64,000 nucleotides of DNA from an uncultured virus (IMG/VR IMGVR_UViG_3300047548_000908) (taxonomy: Duplodnaviria; Heunggongvirae; Uroviricota; Caudoviricetes): positions 62,001-126,000 of the IMG/VR virus record IMGVR_UViG_3300047548_000908; one strand, 5' to 3'. The notes under the pieces were generated by a model, which did no database searches, was not told the DNA's origin, and saw only the letters and a program-made list of their open reading frames with translations. The position numbers and the translations under genes were made by a program. Below are positions 36,621 to 47,027 of this stretch, in pieces (position 1 is the stretch's first letter; the number at the start of each line of letters is the position of its first letter).

Positions 36621-37304
36621 TTATTCCACTTCTGGTCTTTGCTCCAGTTTAAAGTGTTTCCCGATTATATTACCATACTTCAATCTCATGAAGAAGATTT
36701 CCTTTTCGTCATCCAGGTCAACGAATAGACTGCTATGCACCCAATATATTGAACCATGTTTTTGTCTATCCATCCATCTAGATAGTGCATAACTCGGTTT
36801 AAACTCAGGTTTACTTTTTATAAACCGAATGAAGCTTTTGCCCTCATCCGCAGTGATTTTTGTATACTGTAAGTAAACCCTAAAGTTATTTTTAGGTTCA
36901 CGTTTAAAGTACATGACATCCGCAGAATGAAGTACATCTGCAATCACGAATGTTTGATTGCAGTCATCAAACAATTTACCTACTTCTTTCAGATAATCTA
37001 AGTCATTACTGAAAACGCAAGCCGTGTTTCTCTCGATCCTAACTAAGCATTTGTTTTTTCGATTTTCATCGAACTTCCATTCGATGAATTTCTCAAGATT
37101 AGATTGGCCCTGTTGTAATCTATTATTGATTTTTAAGGAGTTATTTACACCTAGTTTCCTTCTGAACGAAGAAACGTCGGGTGTGTCCCATAAGATTCCA
37201 ACTCCATACAACTCAATCCTTACTTTATAGGTATATCTGTTGTAATAGAGTTTATTCCTGGATTCTACGAAATCCACCCCTGAGATACCAGCAGCCTTTC
37301 TCAT
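36621..37304 (-). CDS. hypothetical protein
   Basis: 227-aa ORF following clpA. Confidence 0.7.
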   Translation of the reverse strand: MRKAAGISGVDFVESRNKLYYNRYTYKVRIELYGVGILWDTPDVSSFRRKLGVNNSLKINNRLQQGQSNLEKFIEWKFDENRKNKCLVRIERNTACVFSNDLDYLKEVGKLFDDCNQTFVIADVLHSADVMYFKREPKNNFRVYLQYTKITADEGKSFIRFIKSKPEFKPSYALSRWMDRQKHGSIYWVHSSLFVDLDDEKEIFFMRLKYGNIIGKHFKLEQRPEVE

Positions 37305-37307
37305 TGA

Positions 37308-39584
37308 TTATGCCTTTACTTCAATTGTGCCGTCTTCAGAAACAGCAGCAGTAATTTTTTTCTTAACATCAAAAACGATTTCTTTCTTCTTGTTAAGTTT
37401 AACAGTAATGGTAGCGTTTTTCAGTTGCTCAAAGAGAATCTTTTTAGAAAGCGGAACACGAATCAATTCATCCATTTTTCTTGATAGTGGTCGTGCGCCC
37501 ATTTTGCTATCATATCCCACTTCAGCTAGATACTCGACCACTGGTTCAGAGAGATTCAAAATAATCTCATGCGTGTCTTTGAGTGACTTTTTCAGTTCAT
37601 TTGCAAACTTAACTACGATCTTCTTAATAGCCAAGTCATTCAACTTGTCAAATGTACAGATCATGTCCAGACGATTTCGGAACTCAGGTTTGAAGAATTC
37701 TTTCAGAGCCTTTTCTTGATCCCCGGTACGAGTTTGACTACCAAACCCAATGACGTTTCGTTCACTATCACTAGCGCCCAAGTTGCTCGTCATGATAACA
37801 ATAGTATTTTTTGCATTGACTACTTTACCATTACTACCAGTAACTCGCCCATCGTCTAGTAACTGCAAGAATACGTTGAAGATGTCCGGATGAGCTTTTT
37901 CGACCTCATCGAAAAGAAGGATACTGTGAGGATTCTTACTTAGGTCGTTAATGAGCCTGCCCCCACCTAGATTACCTTCGCCGAAACCAACGTACCCCGG
38001 AGGAGCACCTAGCAGAGAAGAAACACTGTGCTTTTCGCTGTATTCTGACATGTCATACTTAACCAGAGGCATATCTAGATTTTTGCTTAGTTGTCTTGCA
38101 AACTCTGTTTTACCTGTTCCAGTCGGCCCTAGAAATAAGAAACTTCCCATTGGTTTGTTTGAGTTTCCAATTCCAGTAAAGCTGACATATAGCCTATCTA
38201 GCACTTTGTTAACTACATCCTCTTGACCAAACAGATTGTCTTTGATGTTAGCTTCTAAGTTTTGCACTAAGTTAATAGAGTTATCGTTGAGTTTGTTTGC
38301 AGGGATGCCAGTCAACTTTTCTACCTGAGCATTAATAAGTTCCTTAGTGATGAGGGCATTTTCCACTCCCTTTGCTCGTTGTCTTGCACATGCTCCGTCT
38401 AGCAAGTCAATCGACTTATCAGGGTTTTTCCGATCGTGAATATAGCGCGAAGAACTTTCTACCGCTGCTACGATTGCTTCGTCCGTAATAGTAACATTGT
38501 GGAAATCATTAAGACGCTGACTCAATCCTCTTAGGATACGAATGGTGCTGTCATGTGAAGGTTCATCCACATTAATTTTGTAGAATCTACGCATTAGAGC
38601 GCGATCCTTTTCAAATGATTCGTAGTAATCTTCCCAAGTAGTACTTGCAATTACTTTAAGTGTACCTTTAGTAATTGCGGGTTTGATCATGTTAGCGAAG
38701 TCAACGCTACTGCCATTTGATGCACCAGATCCCTTCATAGTGTGTGCTTCATCGATGAATAGGATTGCGTTTTTCTTTGAATTCAGAGCATCCAAAACTG
38801 CTTTGATTTTTTCCTCAAAATCACCTCGATACTTTGAGCCTGCAAGAAGAGATCCAATTTCAAGAGAATAAACTTCATGCCCTTTAAGAAATTCAGGAAC
38901 GTTATTATCATTGATTAGTTGTGCAAGACCCTCAACGATAGAAGTCTTACCTACACCAGGATCCCCGATCATCAGACAGTTGGATTTATATTTCTTTGCT
39001 AAAACGTTGACAATATCATCAAGTTCCGTGCTGCGACCAATTAGTGGTTCAAGCTTTCCTGCTTTTGCCATCTTAGACAAATTGATTGTAAACTCAGACA
39101 AAATTCTCTCTGCTTGCTTTTCACTGATAAGATTGTCTTCGTCATTACTTTGATAATTTTCTTGCCAAAAAACAGCAAACTCATGTTTTTTGATTCCGTA
39201 CTTCAGCAGGAAATAATGAGCGTGAGAAGTCGATTCATTTGAGATGCTGAGATAGAGATCCAAGGTAGTTACAGCTTGACGGCCAGTAAATAGAACTTGA
39301 GTGACGCACCTATTCATCACTCGTTCTAGGCTATTAGTTTTCTTAGGTTGTGCCGATGATTTGGGATCTTTTCGTACAATAGAATTTAGACCATCAACAT
39401 AGGCAGATACTTCAGCCGTAAGTGCGTTAACATCAGCACCAAACTCCTCAAGACAAGTCTTGAATGAACTTTGGGTAATCAAAGATAGCAGCAGATGCTC
39501 GATGGTGCAATATTCATGGTTGCGTTCCTTTGCAAATTCTACTGCTCGTTCAATGATGTTTTCAATTTCGGGTGAGTTATTCAA
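37308..39584 (-). CDS. clpA: ATP-dependent Clp protease ATP-binding subunit (ClpA-like)
   Basis: Clp N-domain [15 protein letters not shown] and [14 protein letters not shown] and [11 protein letters not shown] ClpP-docking loop. Confidence 0.92.
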   Translation of the reverse strand: MNNSPEIENIIERAVEFAKERNHEYCTIEHLLLSLITQSSFKTCLEEFGADVNALTAEVSAYVDGLNSIVRKDPKSSAQPKKTNSLERVMNRCVTQVLFTGRQAVTTLDLYLSISNESTSHAHYFLLKYGIKKHEFAVFWQENYQSNDEDNLISEKQAERILSEFTINLSKMAKAGKLEPLIGRSTELDDIVNVLAKKYKSNCLMIGDPGVGKTSIVEGLAQLINDNNVPEFLKGHEVYSLEIGSLLAGSKYRGDFEEKIKAVLDALNSKKNAILFIDEAHTMKGSGASNGSSVDFANMIKPAITKGTLKVIASTTWEDYYESFEKDRALMRRFYKINVDEPSHDSTIRILRGLSQRLNDFHNVTITDEAIVAAVESSSRYIHDRKNPDKSIDLLDGACARQRAKGVENALITKELINAQVEKLTGIPANKLNDNSINLVQNLEANIKDNLFGQEDVVNKVLDRLYVSFTGIGNSNKPMGSFLFLGPTGTGKTEFARQLSKNLDMPLVKYDMSEYSEKHSVSSLLGAPPGYVGFGEGNLGGGRLINDLSKNPHSILLFDEVEKAHPDIFNVFLQLLDDGRVTGSNGKVVNAKNTIVIMTSNLGASDSERNVIGFGSQTRTGDQEKALKEFFKPEFRNRLDMICTFDKLNDLAIKKIVVKFANELKKSLKDTHEIILNLSEPVVEYLAEVGYDSKMGARPLSRKMDELIRVPLSKKILFEQLKNATITVKLNKKKEIVFDVKKKITAAVSEDGTIEVKA

Positions 39585-40366
39585 TTTAAAGTTCCTTTAT
39601 TATAGGTGTTTATAGCATCAACAATACGCTGATCAATGATATCAGGCATAGTAGGTTTAATCAATACAAATTGGTCACCTACTTGATTTCTAGTGACAAT
39701 TCCTTCCTTTGGGATTCTAAGTAGGCTTCCAGGTTGAGTTTTGGGTTTTATATTAATCTCTAGCGTTTTACCAGATAACGTAGTAGTTCGGATCGAACCA
39801 CCAGTGATCAAATCTAGAACACTAACCTCTTCAGAGGTATAAAGATCCAATCCTTTCCTCTCAAATTTAGGATGAGGGAGAATTCTAAATTCTACCATCA
39901 AGGTTACATCTTTGATGAGATTGTTGAATCTATATTGCTGTCCGTTTTCTACTCCGTCGGGGACATCTATTTTGACCGTGTGCAATTGCCCATTAATGTT
40001 CAAGTTTAATATTCTTTGAGAACCAGAAGAGATTTCCTCTAGTGTAAGAGGTAGTACAGTCTTGCATATAACCTCTCTTCGTTGATGTTCTTTGTGTTGA
40101 CGTAAAATCTGATCGAACAGATTTTCCATGTTGCTTGTGCCAAAATTGAAGTTAAATCCTTCAGGAAAATTGTTCGTGTTCGGGGCGTCGTACCTTTGCC
40201 TCTTTGCAGGGTCGGAAAGTGTATCGTATGCTTCTTGAATTTGCTGGAACTTTGCAGTATCACCCCCTTTGTCGGGATGATGCTGACTGGCTAATTTTCT
40301 GTAAGCCTTTTTTAGTTCCTCGGATGATGCAGTTTTAGATACGCCTAGTATATTGTAATAATCCAT
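39581..40366 (-). CDS. DnaJ-class chaperone (CbpA-like, no zinc finger)
   Basis: [24 protein letters not shown]-terminal DnaJ domain. Confidence 0.9.
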   Translation of the reverse strand: MDYYNILGVSKTASSEELKKAYRKLASQHHPDKGGDTAKFQQIQEAYDTLSDPAKRQRYDAPNTNNFPEGFNFNFGTSNMENLFDQILRQHKEHQRREVICKTVLPLTLEEISSGSQRILNLNINGQLHTVKIDVPDGVENGQQYRFNNLIKDVTLMVEFRILPHPKFERKGLDLYTSEEVSVLDLITGGSIRTTTLSGKTLEINIKPKTQPGSLLRIPKEGIVTRNQVGDQFVLIKPTMPDIIDQRIVDAINTYNKGTLN

Positions 40367-40393
40367 ATATGATTCTAGCAATAAGTGCTAATA

Positions 40394-40831
40394 TCAATAT
40401 TTATTGGTTATAGACGACTCAATCTTTTCTTTCGTTCTACCATATGCTGCGATACCAAGAACTGCACCCATTGCTAAATGAAATAGTCCTGCACCCTGCA
40501 ATGTAAGTGGCTGCCATTGATTTGTTACCTGTCCTGAACTATATGCTTGTAACAAAGACCAAAGTATAGGGAATATGATAAAATCAGTCACACAAACTAC
40601 CATGTACATCCATCCCATAAATGGGCGCCATTTTCTATTTAACCAATCTTGATTAGTATTAGCAACCAAAACTTCCGCACCTTGAGCAGCATTTATTCCT
40701 GCTTCAGTTAACACAGTTTGTTGCGAACTAACGTTAAATTGATTCATTGTAGGATCTGCACATAGCAACTCATATGCAATATCATTTGTTGCTATTGGCA
40801 TCTCGGTAGTAACTCGTGTAGCTAATCTCAT
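40394..40831 (-). CDS. membrane protein, holin-like
   Basis: WRPFMGW, two hydrophobic helices, GIAAYGRTKEK. Confidence 0.55.
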   Translation of the reverse strand: MRLATRVTTEMPIATNDIAYELLCADPTMNQFNVSSQQTVLTEAGINAAQGAEVLVANTNQDWLNRKWRPFMGWMYMVVCVTDFIIFPILWSLLQAYSSGQVTNQWQPLTLQGAGLFHLAMGAVLGIAAYGRTKEKIESSITNKY

Positions 40832-40832
40832 T

Positions 40833-41369
40833 TTAAATCCCCGAGTTGATAATAAAATTTCTTAACTCATCATCCATTTTTTTACTGGGTAGTACTGACA
40901 AACCTGCAATGTTACGCATTTCATTGAGTTCGCCTTCTTTTGCTTCTCTATATTCATGAGGACTGCATTTGATAACTTGTTTTAGTATGTCTTCGTCTGC
41001 ATCATAGTCCTCGTCTTCTACTGTAACCGACCAGTCATCCAATGCCATTCCAGTTAGTGTTTCTAAGTCAGACAACAAGGTAATGATTCTTTTTGGTGTA
41101 GTTGATCTTCTGTCCATCTCGACAAAAACTACATACTTATTTGTGTCTAATTCACCATCTGATACCTTAGCATCAAGAACCCAATCATACCCACGTTCAA
41201 ACCAGTTTGCCAAATCTGCTCCTGCTTGTCGACCTCTAACTACAAAAGCTACTGTTACGATGTCATCATCGTCGCCTGTTTTTGCCACATATTCATCAAC
41301 AGAAATATTAGGTTCTATTTGACCGTCAAAATCAAGATAATCTAGACCTTCTTTTACTATTTTACGCAT
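40833..41369 (-). CDS. hypothetical acidic protein, possibly head-associated
   Basis: MRKIVKE leader and LNEMRNIAGL motif. Confidence 0.6.
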   Translation of the reverse strand: MRKIVKEGLDYLDFDGQIEPNISVDEYVAKTGDDDDIVTVAFVVRGRQAGADLANWFERGYDWVLDAKVSDGELDTNKYVVFVEMDRRSTTPKRIITLLSDLETLTGMALDDWSVTVEDEDYDADEDILKQVIKCSPHEYREAKEGELNEMRNIAGLSVLPSKKMDDELRNFIINSGI

Positions 41370-42001
41370 TACATCATTCCCCCCATTGGGTTTGGACCTG
41401 CCGCCGGGCTCGGGAATGGTTCTGCTCCTGGCATTTGTCCTGGCATTTCTTGTTGATTATCTTTCTTAGAATCGTCATTCTCTAACTCTTCTTTGTTCAA
41501 GTCTTGTTCGTAAGCATCATCCAAGTCTGAAAGATCAACTGTTTGACCTGCCAAATCTACGCTACCATCTCTGATTTCATCCATCAAGTCTTTTGGCATT
41601 TCTATTCTTATCAACCAAACATGTTTCTCAGTAAGCTTAGGATAATGTGTCCCAGGCCTATAATCATCTGGCGTTTTTATGACAACTGGAACTTTGATCG
41701 TTGTCTTCTTAAACTGAACGTTGCATCCTAGCTCAAGCAATCTAATTGCTCCCTTCGGATTAGGCATAAGTTTCTTTGGATACATAAATGTACAAGAAAC
41801 AGTGTATCGCTTGATTACTGGACCTTCTACTAGCTCACCCAGTTCCCAGTTTCTAAAAGCGTACAGATTTGCCTCATCTAGACAACGTTCAAAGTCTAAT
41901 AAAGTATTAATAGACCCATCACTAGTGTAAATGTTTTTGATATTGTTAACAATATCATTGTGTTCAATTGAATTGAAAAACTTTTCGGTGCTTTTGCTCA
42001 T
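41369..42001 (-). CDS. hypothetical protein, possibly virion-associated
   Basis: Start moved to ATG 42001, 7 nt downstream of TAAATA (42009-42014). Confidence 0.65.
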   Translation of the reverse strand: MSKSTEKFFNSIEHNDIVNNIKNIYTSDGSINTLLDFERCLDEANLYAFRNWELGELVEGPVIKRYTVSCTFMYPKKLMPNPKGAIRLLELGCNVQFKKTTIKVPVVIKTPDDYRPGTHYPKLTEKHVWLIRIEMPKDLMDEIRDGSVDLAGQTVDLSDLDDAYEQDLNKEELENDDSKKDNQQEMPGQMPGAEPFPSPAAGPNPMGGMM

Positions 42002-42171
42002 GATGAAGTATTTATCACCGCAGCACAAGATTGCTCGGAACAACTTTTATTACCCGGAGCCTAATATTTATGTAAAATTCTTACACAATAAATGCACTAG
42101 TTGTCGCATGTTGAGTACCCTTAAATAGTCATGTAGCTCAAGCTATAAGTTAAACGACAGGAGAAATAACT

Positions 42172-42948
42172 TTGGGAAAACGCAAGACTAGTGAGCTTAG
42201 AAAAGATGACGCTTTCTTAGCCCACAAAAAACAACAAACAAAAACGTTCTACATGAGTGATTCGAAAACTATTCCGTTTGAAAGACCAAGTAAATATCAA
42301 GCACGTTCTCAATCAGTAGACTTAGTACCCAAAACACTTAATCAAGAAAAATACATTCTTTCTCTGTTAGACCAAGAAAATGATATAGTAGTGGTCACCG
42401 GTCCTGCAGGCACAGGGAAAACGTATTTAGCAATGAAAGCAGCAATCAAAGCACTTAAATCAGGAGAATGCAAAAAGATTGTACTCACTAGACCAATGGT
42501 AGAAGTAGAAGATGAGAAACTAGGATTTCTACCAGGGGATGTTAATCAAAAAATGGAACCTTGGATGTTACCATTATATGACGTTTTTCATGAGTTCTAT
42601 TCTGTTGAAGAAGTTCAATCTATGATTGAACACAAGATCATAGAAATTGCTCCACTTGCATTTATGCGAGGAAGAAACTTAAAGAACTGCTGGATTATAC
42701 TAGATGAGGCACAGAACACGACACCTAATCAGTTAAAGATGCTTCTAACTAGGATAAGCGAAAATAGCAAAATTGTTATCACTGGTGACATAGAGCAAAC
42801 CGATAGACGCAACGCACAAAACGGGCTGCTCGATTTACAAGAGAGAGTAGAAAGACACGCCGTGCCTGGATTGAAGTTATGTAAGTTTGAATTGAAGGAT
42901 GTTCAAAGACATCGAATTATTGAACATATCTTGAAAATGTACGCATGA
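42172..42948 (+). CDS. phoH: PhoH-family ATPase
   Basis: GPAGTGKT, LGFLPGD, FMRGR, LDEAQN, TGDIEQ. Confidence 0.93.
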   Translation: MGKRKTSELRKDDAFLAHKKQQTKTFYMSDSKTIPFERPSKYQARSQSVDLVPKTLNQEKYILSLLDQENDIVVVTGPAGTGKTYLAMKAAIKALKSGECKKIVLTRPMVEVEDEKLGFLPGDVNQKMEPWMLPLYDVFHEFYSVEEVQSMIEHKIIEIAPLAFMRGRNLKNCWIILDEAQNTTPNQLKMLLTRISENSKIVITGDIEQTDRRNAQNGLLDLQERVERHAVPGLKLCKFELKDVQRHRIIEHILKMYA

Positions 42949-42972
42949 AAAAAGGGGCAAAGCCCCTTTTTT
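42948..42972. terminator. bidirectional intrinsic terminator between convergent genes
   Basis: aaaaaaggggc-aaa-gcccctttttt. Confidence 0.85.
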
Positions 42973-43220
42973 CATGCTGCTTCCTGTAAGAGTCTTTGCA
43001 TCACGGTTGGATAATGCTGATTATAATAGCCAAATAGACTATCCCAATCAGTATCGAGTTTTTTCCCATCGACTGTGCATTGCATTACCTTCTTTTCTTT
43101 GAAGTCCATAATGACACTTGCAGTCTGCTGATCGCTGACCTTTACCTTCTTTGCAATTGAGACTGCTTCATCAATCTGACCATTTGGTTTTTTGTAATAT
43201 GTTACAATAAAATATCTCAT
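42972..43220 (-). CDS. hypothetical protein
   Basis: 82-aa ORF with RBS. Confidence 0.65.
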   Translation of the reverse strand: MRYFIVTYYKKPNGQIDEAVSIAKKVKVSDQQTASVIMDFKEKKVMQCTVDGKKLDTDWDSLFGYYNQHYPTVMQRLLQEAA

Positions 43221-43242
43221 TCTTCATATCCTTTAGTTTGTT

Positions 43243-44175
43243 TTATAGGGACGTAAGTTCAACCAAAGAAGCACTCAACGCAATTTCAGGGATACCAACA
43301 AGAGTCAGATTAACTAGTCCATTACGAATTACCAAAATCGCAGCATCTCTTTTTTCGTTAGTATCTCCCCATAGATTTAGATTGTTATACATCCACATGT
43401 AGATACTTTCGATTCTAGAAGGATATAAGGATAAGTATTGAAGAATTTGTTTTCTACCGTCAATGACCTTACCTTTTTTGAACAGTTCCACTGCTTCTAC
43501 TAACATTGCATCATCTGAAGTTGTTGCCCCGCTAGCGACAAGCAGTTTTCCAGTCTTGCTTTTTTCTTGCAGTTGATTTAGGCATCTCCTTAGATCAGGA
43601 TATGTTGCCTTAACATACTCATCCAAGACTTCCAAATCAAAATCAATTCCTTCTTTTACAAGGATAGTAGCGGCTCTTGCTGTAAACTCAGTAATATCAG
43701 GTTTGGCTGCTTCAAAAGAAAAGCATCGACTGGACCTGATTGCAGGGATTACCTTGTTAGGATAATTACATGTCATGATGAAACGTACGGTGTCAGCGTA
43801 AGTTTCCATATCACTTCGAAGTGCAGCTTGAAACGCAGTAGAGGTGTAGTCAACCTCATCAAGGAGTACAATTTTAAATTTACCAAATGGTACTGTTTGA
43901 ATAAAGTTGATCAGTTTATTGCGGACAATATCAACGCTATTCTCGCGGCTAGCATTGATCTCAAGTACATCGAGAGATTCTACCCCAAGTTCATTGATGA
44001 GGACTTTTGCTAGTGTGGTTTTGCCCACACCAGCTTCTCCCCAGAGCAATAGATGCGGAATAGATCCCTCTTTGATCCATGCTTGAACTTGGCTTCGTTG
44101 TCCTTCATCAGTGAAGACGTATTCATCAAGCGTTTTAGGCCTATAACGTTCGACCCATAGTTTATTGTCTAGCAT
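43243..44175 (-). CDS. clamp loader AAA+ subunit (T4 gp44/RFC-like)
   Basis: WVERYRP, GEAGVGKT, INAS, LLDEVD, SRC, DLRR. Confidence 0.92.
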   Translation of the reverse strand: MLDNKLWVERYRPKTLDEYVFTDEGQRSQVQAWIKEGSIPHLLLWGEAGVGKTTLAKVLINELGVESLDVLEINASRENSVDIVRNKLINFIQTVPFGKFKIVLLDEVDYTSTAFQAALRSDMETYADTVRFIMTCNYPNKVIPAIRSSRCFSFEAAKPDITEFTARAATILVKEGIDFDLEVLDEYVKATYPDLRRCLNQLQEKSKTGKLLVASGATTSDDAMLVEAVELFKKGKVIDGRKQILQYLSLYPSRIESIYMWMYNNLNLWGDTNEKRDAAILVIRNGLVNLTLVGIPEIALSASLVELTSL

Positions 44176-44484
44176 TTATACCTTCAGAGTTTCAATAGTG
44201 ATGATTTTGCTCAGTGCTTCACCCAGTTCTTGTTCTGACGGGATGATATGCAATGTGGTATTAGTATTTCCGGTCTTCTTGCAGAAGGTTCGAACTTCGC
44301 TCACATAGCCGCCACTAGCAGGATATACTTGGAAATGAATCATTGGACGCATATCTGGAGTCTGCATAGGCGCACTCAACGTCAACCTATCTGAGTCACA
44401 GATTAATCTATCCTCACCTTGATATTTTGTCTTTTCCAATGCTTTGCGAATTTTTTTCTTAAGCTGTTTCTTAGTTATCTTCAT
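44176..44484 (-). CDS. hypothetical protein
   Basis: 102-aa ORF in operon. Confidence 0.65.
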   Translation of the reverse strand: MKITKKQLKKKIRKALEKTKYQGEDRLICDSDRLTLSAPMQTPDMRPMIHFQVYPASGGYVSEVRTFCKKTGNTNTTLHIIPSEQELGEALSKIITIETLKV

Positions 44485-44493
44485 TTGTACCTC

Positions 44494-44859
44494 TTATAGT
44501 GCTTTATCACTTATAGTGTCATCATGCACTGGTTTGTCAGAAACTAATAATATATCCTTAGGATCAACTTTCCTAATAGTTTTTTTCCCTTCTGAGTTTT
44601 CAATATCAATTCCTCTAGACCATCTACCGTGATTGACTAGAATATATTGACCCACTTTGACATCTTGTTGTTCTGGTCCGATCGCATAGACCTTTGCCCA
44701 TCTAGGGCGAATACCAGAGCTTTTCATGTCATCACTTAGTAAGTAAATACCACCGTTTGTGATTCTCTCATCAAACGACATATCACAAACTAAAATCGTA
44801 TCGTGGAGTGGTTTTAGTTTAGAAACCTTATTTGGTTCAAATGCTAACTTGCTTTGCAT
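44494..44859 (-). CDS. GroES-like co-chaperonin
   Basis: LKPLHDTILV, TNGGIYL, VYAIGP, VKVGQ, KDILL; start at 44859 behind AAAGGA. Confidence 0.8.
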   Translation of the reverse strand: MQSKLAFEPNKVSKLKPLHDTILVCDMSFDERITNGGIYLLSDDMKSSGIRPRWAKVYAIGPEQQDVKVGQYILVNHGRWSRGIDIENSEGKKTIRKVDPKDILLVSDKPVHDDTISDKAL

Positions 44860-44860
44860 G

Positions 44861-45181
44861 TTATTCCTTTTTGAAATCTTCGTCTTCCATTTCAAGTTCA
44901 AGCTCTTCTGGACGCAACTCAATAGGTTTGATAGTATTAACGACTGGGCCTTTTGCTGTTGCAACCGGAATAGGTGATCTGTTTGGAGAAGAAGGCTGTA
45001 CTGTTTTGTTATAGGTTTTGCTTATTCGTTGAGTATTTTCCTTGATAACTCGATTGTGACTATCGAGTGTGTCACCCCTCGCATTCACATTCATGTTACC
45101 AACTGCTCTTACCTTTTCGTGCTTGGTTGACATTGCACCCATATCAATAACACGACCTTGTGCTGTTCTATACTTACTCAT
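44861..45181 (-). CDS. hypothetical protein
   Basis: 106-aa ORF behind TAAATA (45204-45209) and AGGAG. Confidence 0.7.
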   Translation of the reverse strand: MSKYRTAQGRVIDMGAMSTKHEKVRAVGNMNVNARGDTLDSHNRVIKENTQRISKTYNKTVQPSSPNRSPIPVATAKGPVVNTIKPIELRPEELELEMEDEDFKKE

Positions 45182-45236
45182 TTGTTTCTCCTAATAGAAA
45201 TAGTATTTAACAATAAACAAGTATTTGGATACCTTT

Positions 45237-45743
45237 TTATTTAAGAAATTCATGGACATCTAGTCCATACTGTAACGAGTTTATTTTATGAACTCCAATA
45301 AGAAATAGGACAAAACTAGAAACGCTACTTCCCCTGCCCACGCCCCAAACTATCTTGTTCTTACGCATGGTATCAACCAAATACTTCATATATTGAAGCA
45401 TAGGAAACAAATCTCTTTCTTGATACAAAATTAGTTCTTTGCCTGCCCTGTTTAGTTCTTCATTAGAAGAACACTGATCTAATACCCATTCCGCGATATC
45501 CAATTCCTGATATTCTTTTGGCATTAGCCATTTGCTCTGAGCAGAGTTATCAAACTCCTCCAAAGAGCAATCAATTGGCTCATACTTATTTTGTTTAGGT
45601 AACCATTCTAGCTCAAGATCCTCATCAAATTTAATAGGTTCTTTGAGTAAAAAGGTGCCATACTTAGCATTTGGATCTTTGAGGTATAACCTACAAAGAT
45701 CATTCTCGTCTAGTATCTGTCGACCATAAATATCGGTATTCAT
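45237..45743 (-). CDS. DNA polymerase III alpha (DnaE)-like fragment
   Basis: R...EL....ER.LFP, IVWGVGRGSSVSSFVLFLIG; only 168 aa. Confidence 0.7.
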   Translation of the reverse strand: MNTDIYGRQILDENDLCRLYLKDPNAKYGTFLLKEPIKFDEDLELEWLPKQNKYEPIDCSLEEFDNSAQSKWLMPKEYQELDIAEWVLDQCSSNEELNRAGKELILYQERDLFPMLQYMKYLVDTMRKNKIVWGVGRGSSVSSFVLFLIGVHKINSLQYGLDVHEFLK

Positions 45744-45773
45744 ACCTTATTATATAGGCCTTGATTACATGAA

Positions 45774-46010
45774 TCAAGAGTTCTTGGTAATATTGATGTG
45801 CCCATCAATATTTTGCTTCTTGTACATTTCCTGTGTCTTTCGGTAATACTCAGACTTGTAGCTTTCCAATACCATTTGAATCTGTTGTGCTAATCCTACG
45901 TTTTGCATTCTTGATGCAAAGATAAGTTTACTGGTCAAGTTTACAATCGCAGTTTGCAGTTCCTCAAGCGTTTTGTCAGAAAGATCATTGATAAATGGAT
46001 GCTGCATCAT
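45774..46010 (-). CDS. hypothetical protein
   Basis: 78-aa ORF. Confidence 0.65.
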   Translation of the reverse strand: MMQHPFINDLSDKTLEELQTAIVNLTSKLIFASRMQNVGLAQQIQMVLESYKSEYYRKTQEMYKKQNIDGHINITKNS

Positions 46011-46011
46011 T

Positions 46012-46995
46012 TTAATACCTATCTAAGGGAATTCGTTTCCATATAGGAGAAGATCCATCATAGTCATCAAAACATGCATACAAATAGTCAGTACTTACTT
46101 TAATGTGACCCGGTTTGTCAGAAGGGTCACCGATTGGAACTTGTTTTCCATATGCAGCGCCTGATACTATTGCGGAAGTGCTTGTTTGTAATGTCAATGA
46201 AACATTATTTGCGATTACATCTACTATTCCCACAAACACATTAGCCGAGTCTATTAATGTAGTGCCTGGTGCTAACTGTGTAGTAAATTGAGTTCCAGAG
46301 CCACTAACTAAATTACTACCTGAACTCTTAGTGATATTGCCAGTTAGTACTACATTAGCGACAGTAGGGATATCAAAATGTTTTTCAACTTTTGGTTTGT
46401 TGATTGGTTCAATAGTAATTGTCTTACCGCAATCAATAGTACTAAATCTAAGCTTTACCTCTTCTGCACCTGACGCAAAGGATAGTACTTTATTACTACC
46501 AGAAACATAATAGTTTTCGATAAAATTTGCAGAAGAATCAACACTTGAACCTATACTATTTGGTAAGTTGATGAACGTGTTAGCATCAACTGCTGTCAAG
46601 TATACTTGAACATTACTTTGTGTTCCCGCAGGTGCCCAGTTTATAAATTGTAAGTTTACCGAACTATTTCCTGCTATTGTTCCATACTGAACGTCACCTT
46701 TTGAAAGATCAATTGTCGTGATGCCTGAGATAGAGTTGCCTAAGTTATAAGTAGTAGCTCTAAAACCTTTTACTAGAGCATTACTTATTAAAGTGTTTCC
46801 CATATCATTGTTAATTGGGATACCAGCTAGCGGAGATTTGACTATAGCTTTAGTTTGGATATCCGTAATCTCTGTGTATGCAGTATCCAAGTTAGTTTTT
46901 ATGGAGGTGAAGTTATCTCTAAAACCCTGAGAGGAGTTATTGACTCCTGGTACAGGATAGTTAGGATTGATTCCGTTTGTATTGATTGAACTCAT
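46012..46995 (-). CDS. virion structural protein (tail fibre/baseplate-associated)
   Basis: NSSQGFRDNF N-terminus, YLYAC...WKRI C-terminus, N/S/T/G-rich. Confidence 0.6.
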   Translation of the reverse strand: MSSINTNGINPNYPVPGVNNSSQGFRDNFTSIKTNLDTAYTEITDIQTKAIVKSPLAGIPINNDMGNTLISNALVKGFRATTYNLGNSISGITTIDLSKGDVQYGTIAGNSSVNLQFINWAPAGTQSNVQVYLTAVDANTFINLPNSIGSSVDSSANFIENYYVSGSNKVLSFASGAEEVKLRFSTIDCGKTITIEPINKPKVEKHFDIPTVANVVLTGNITKSSGSNLVSGSGTQFTTQLAPGTTLIDSANVFVGIVDVIANNVSLTLQTSTSAIVSGAAYGKQVPIGDPSDKPGHIKVSTDYLYACFDDYDGSSPIWKRIPLDRY

Positions 46996-47027
46996 TTATT
47001 TTAACCCTATAGCGTATTTATTGTGTG

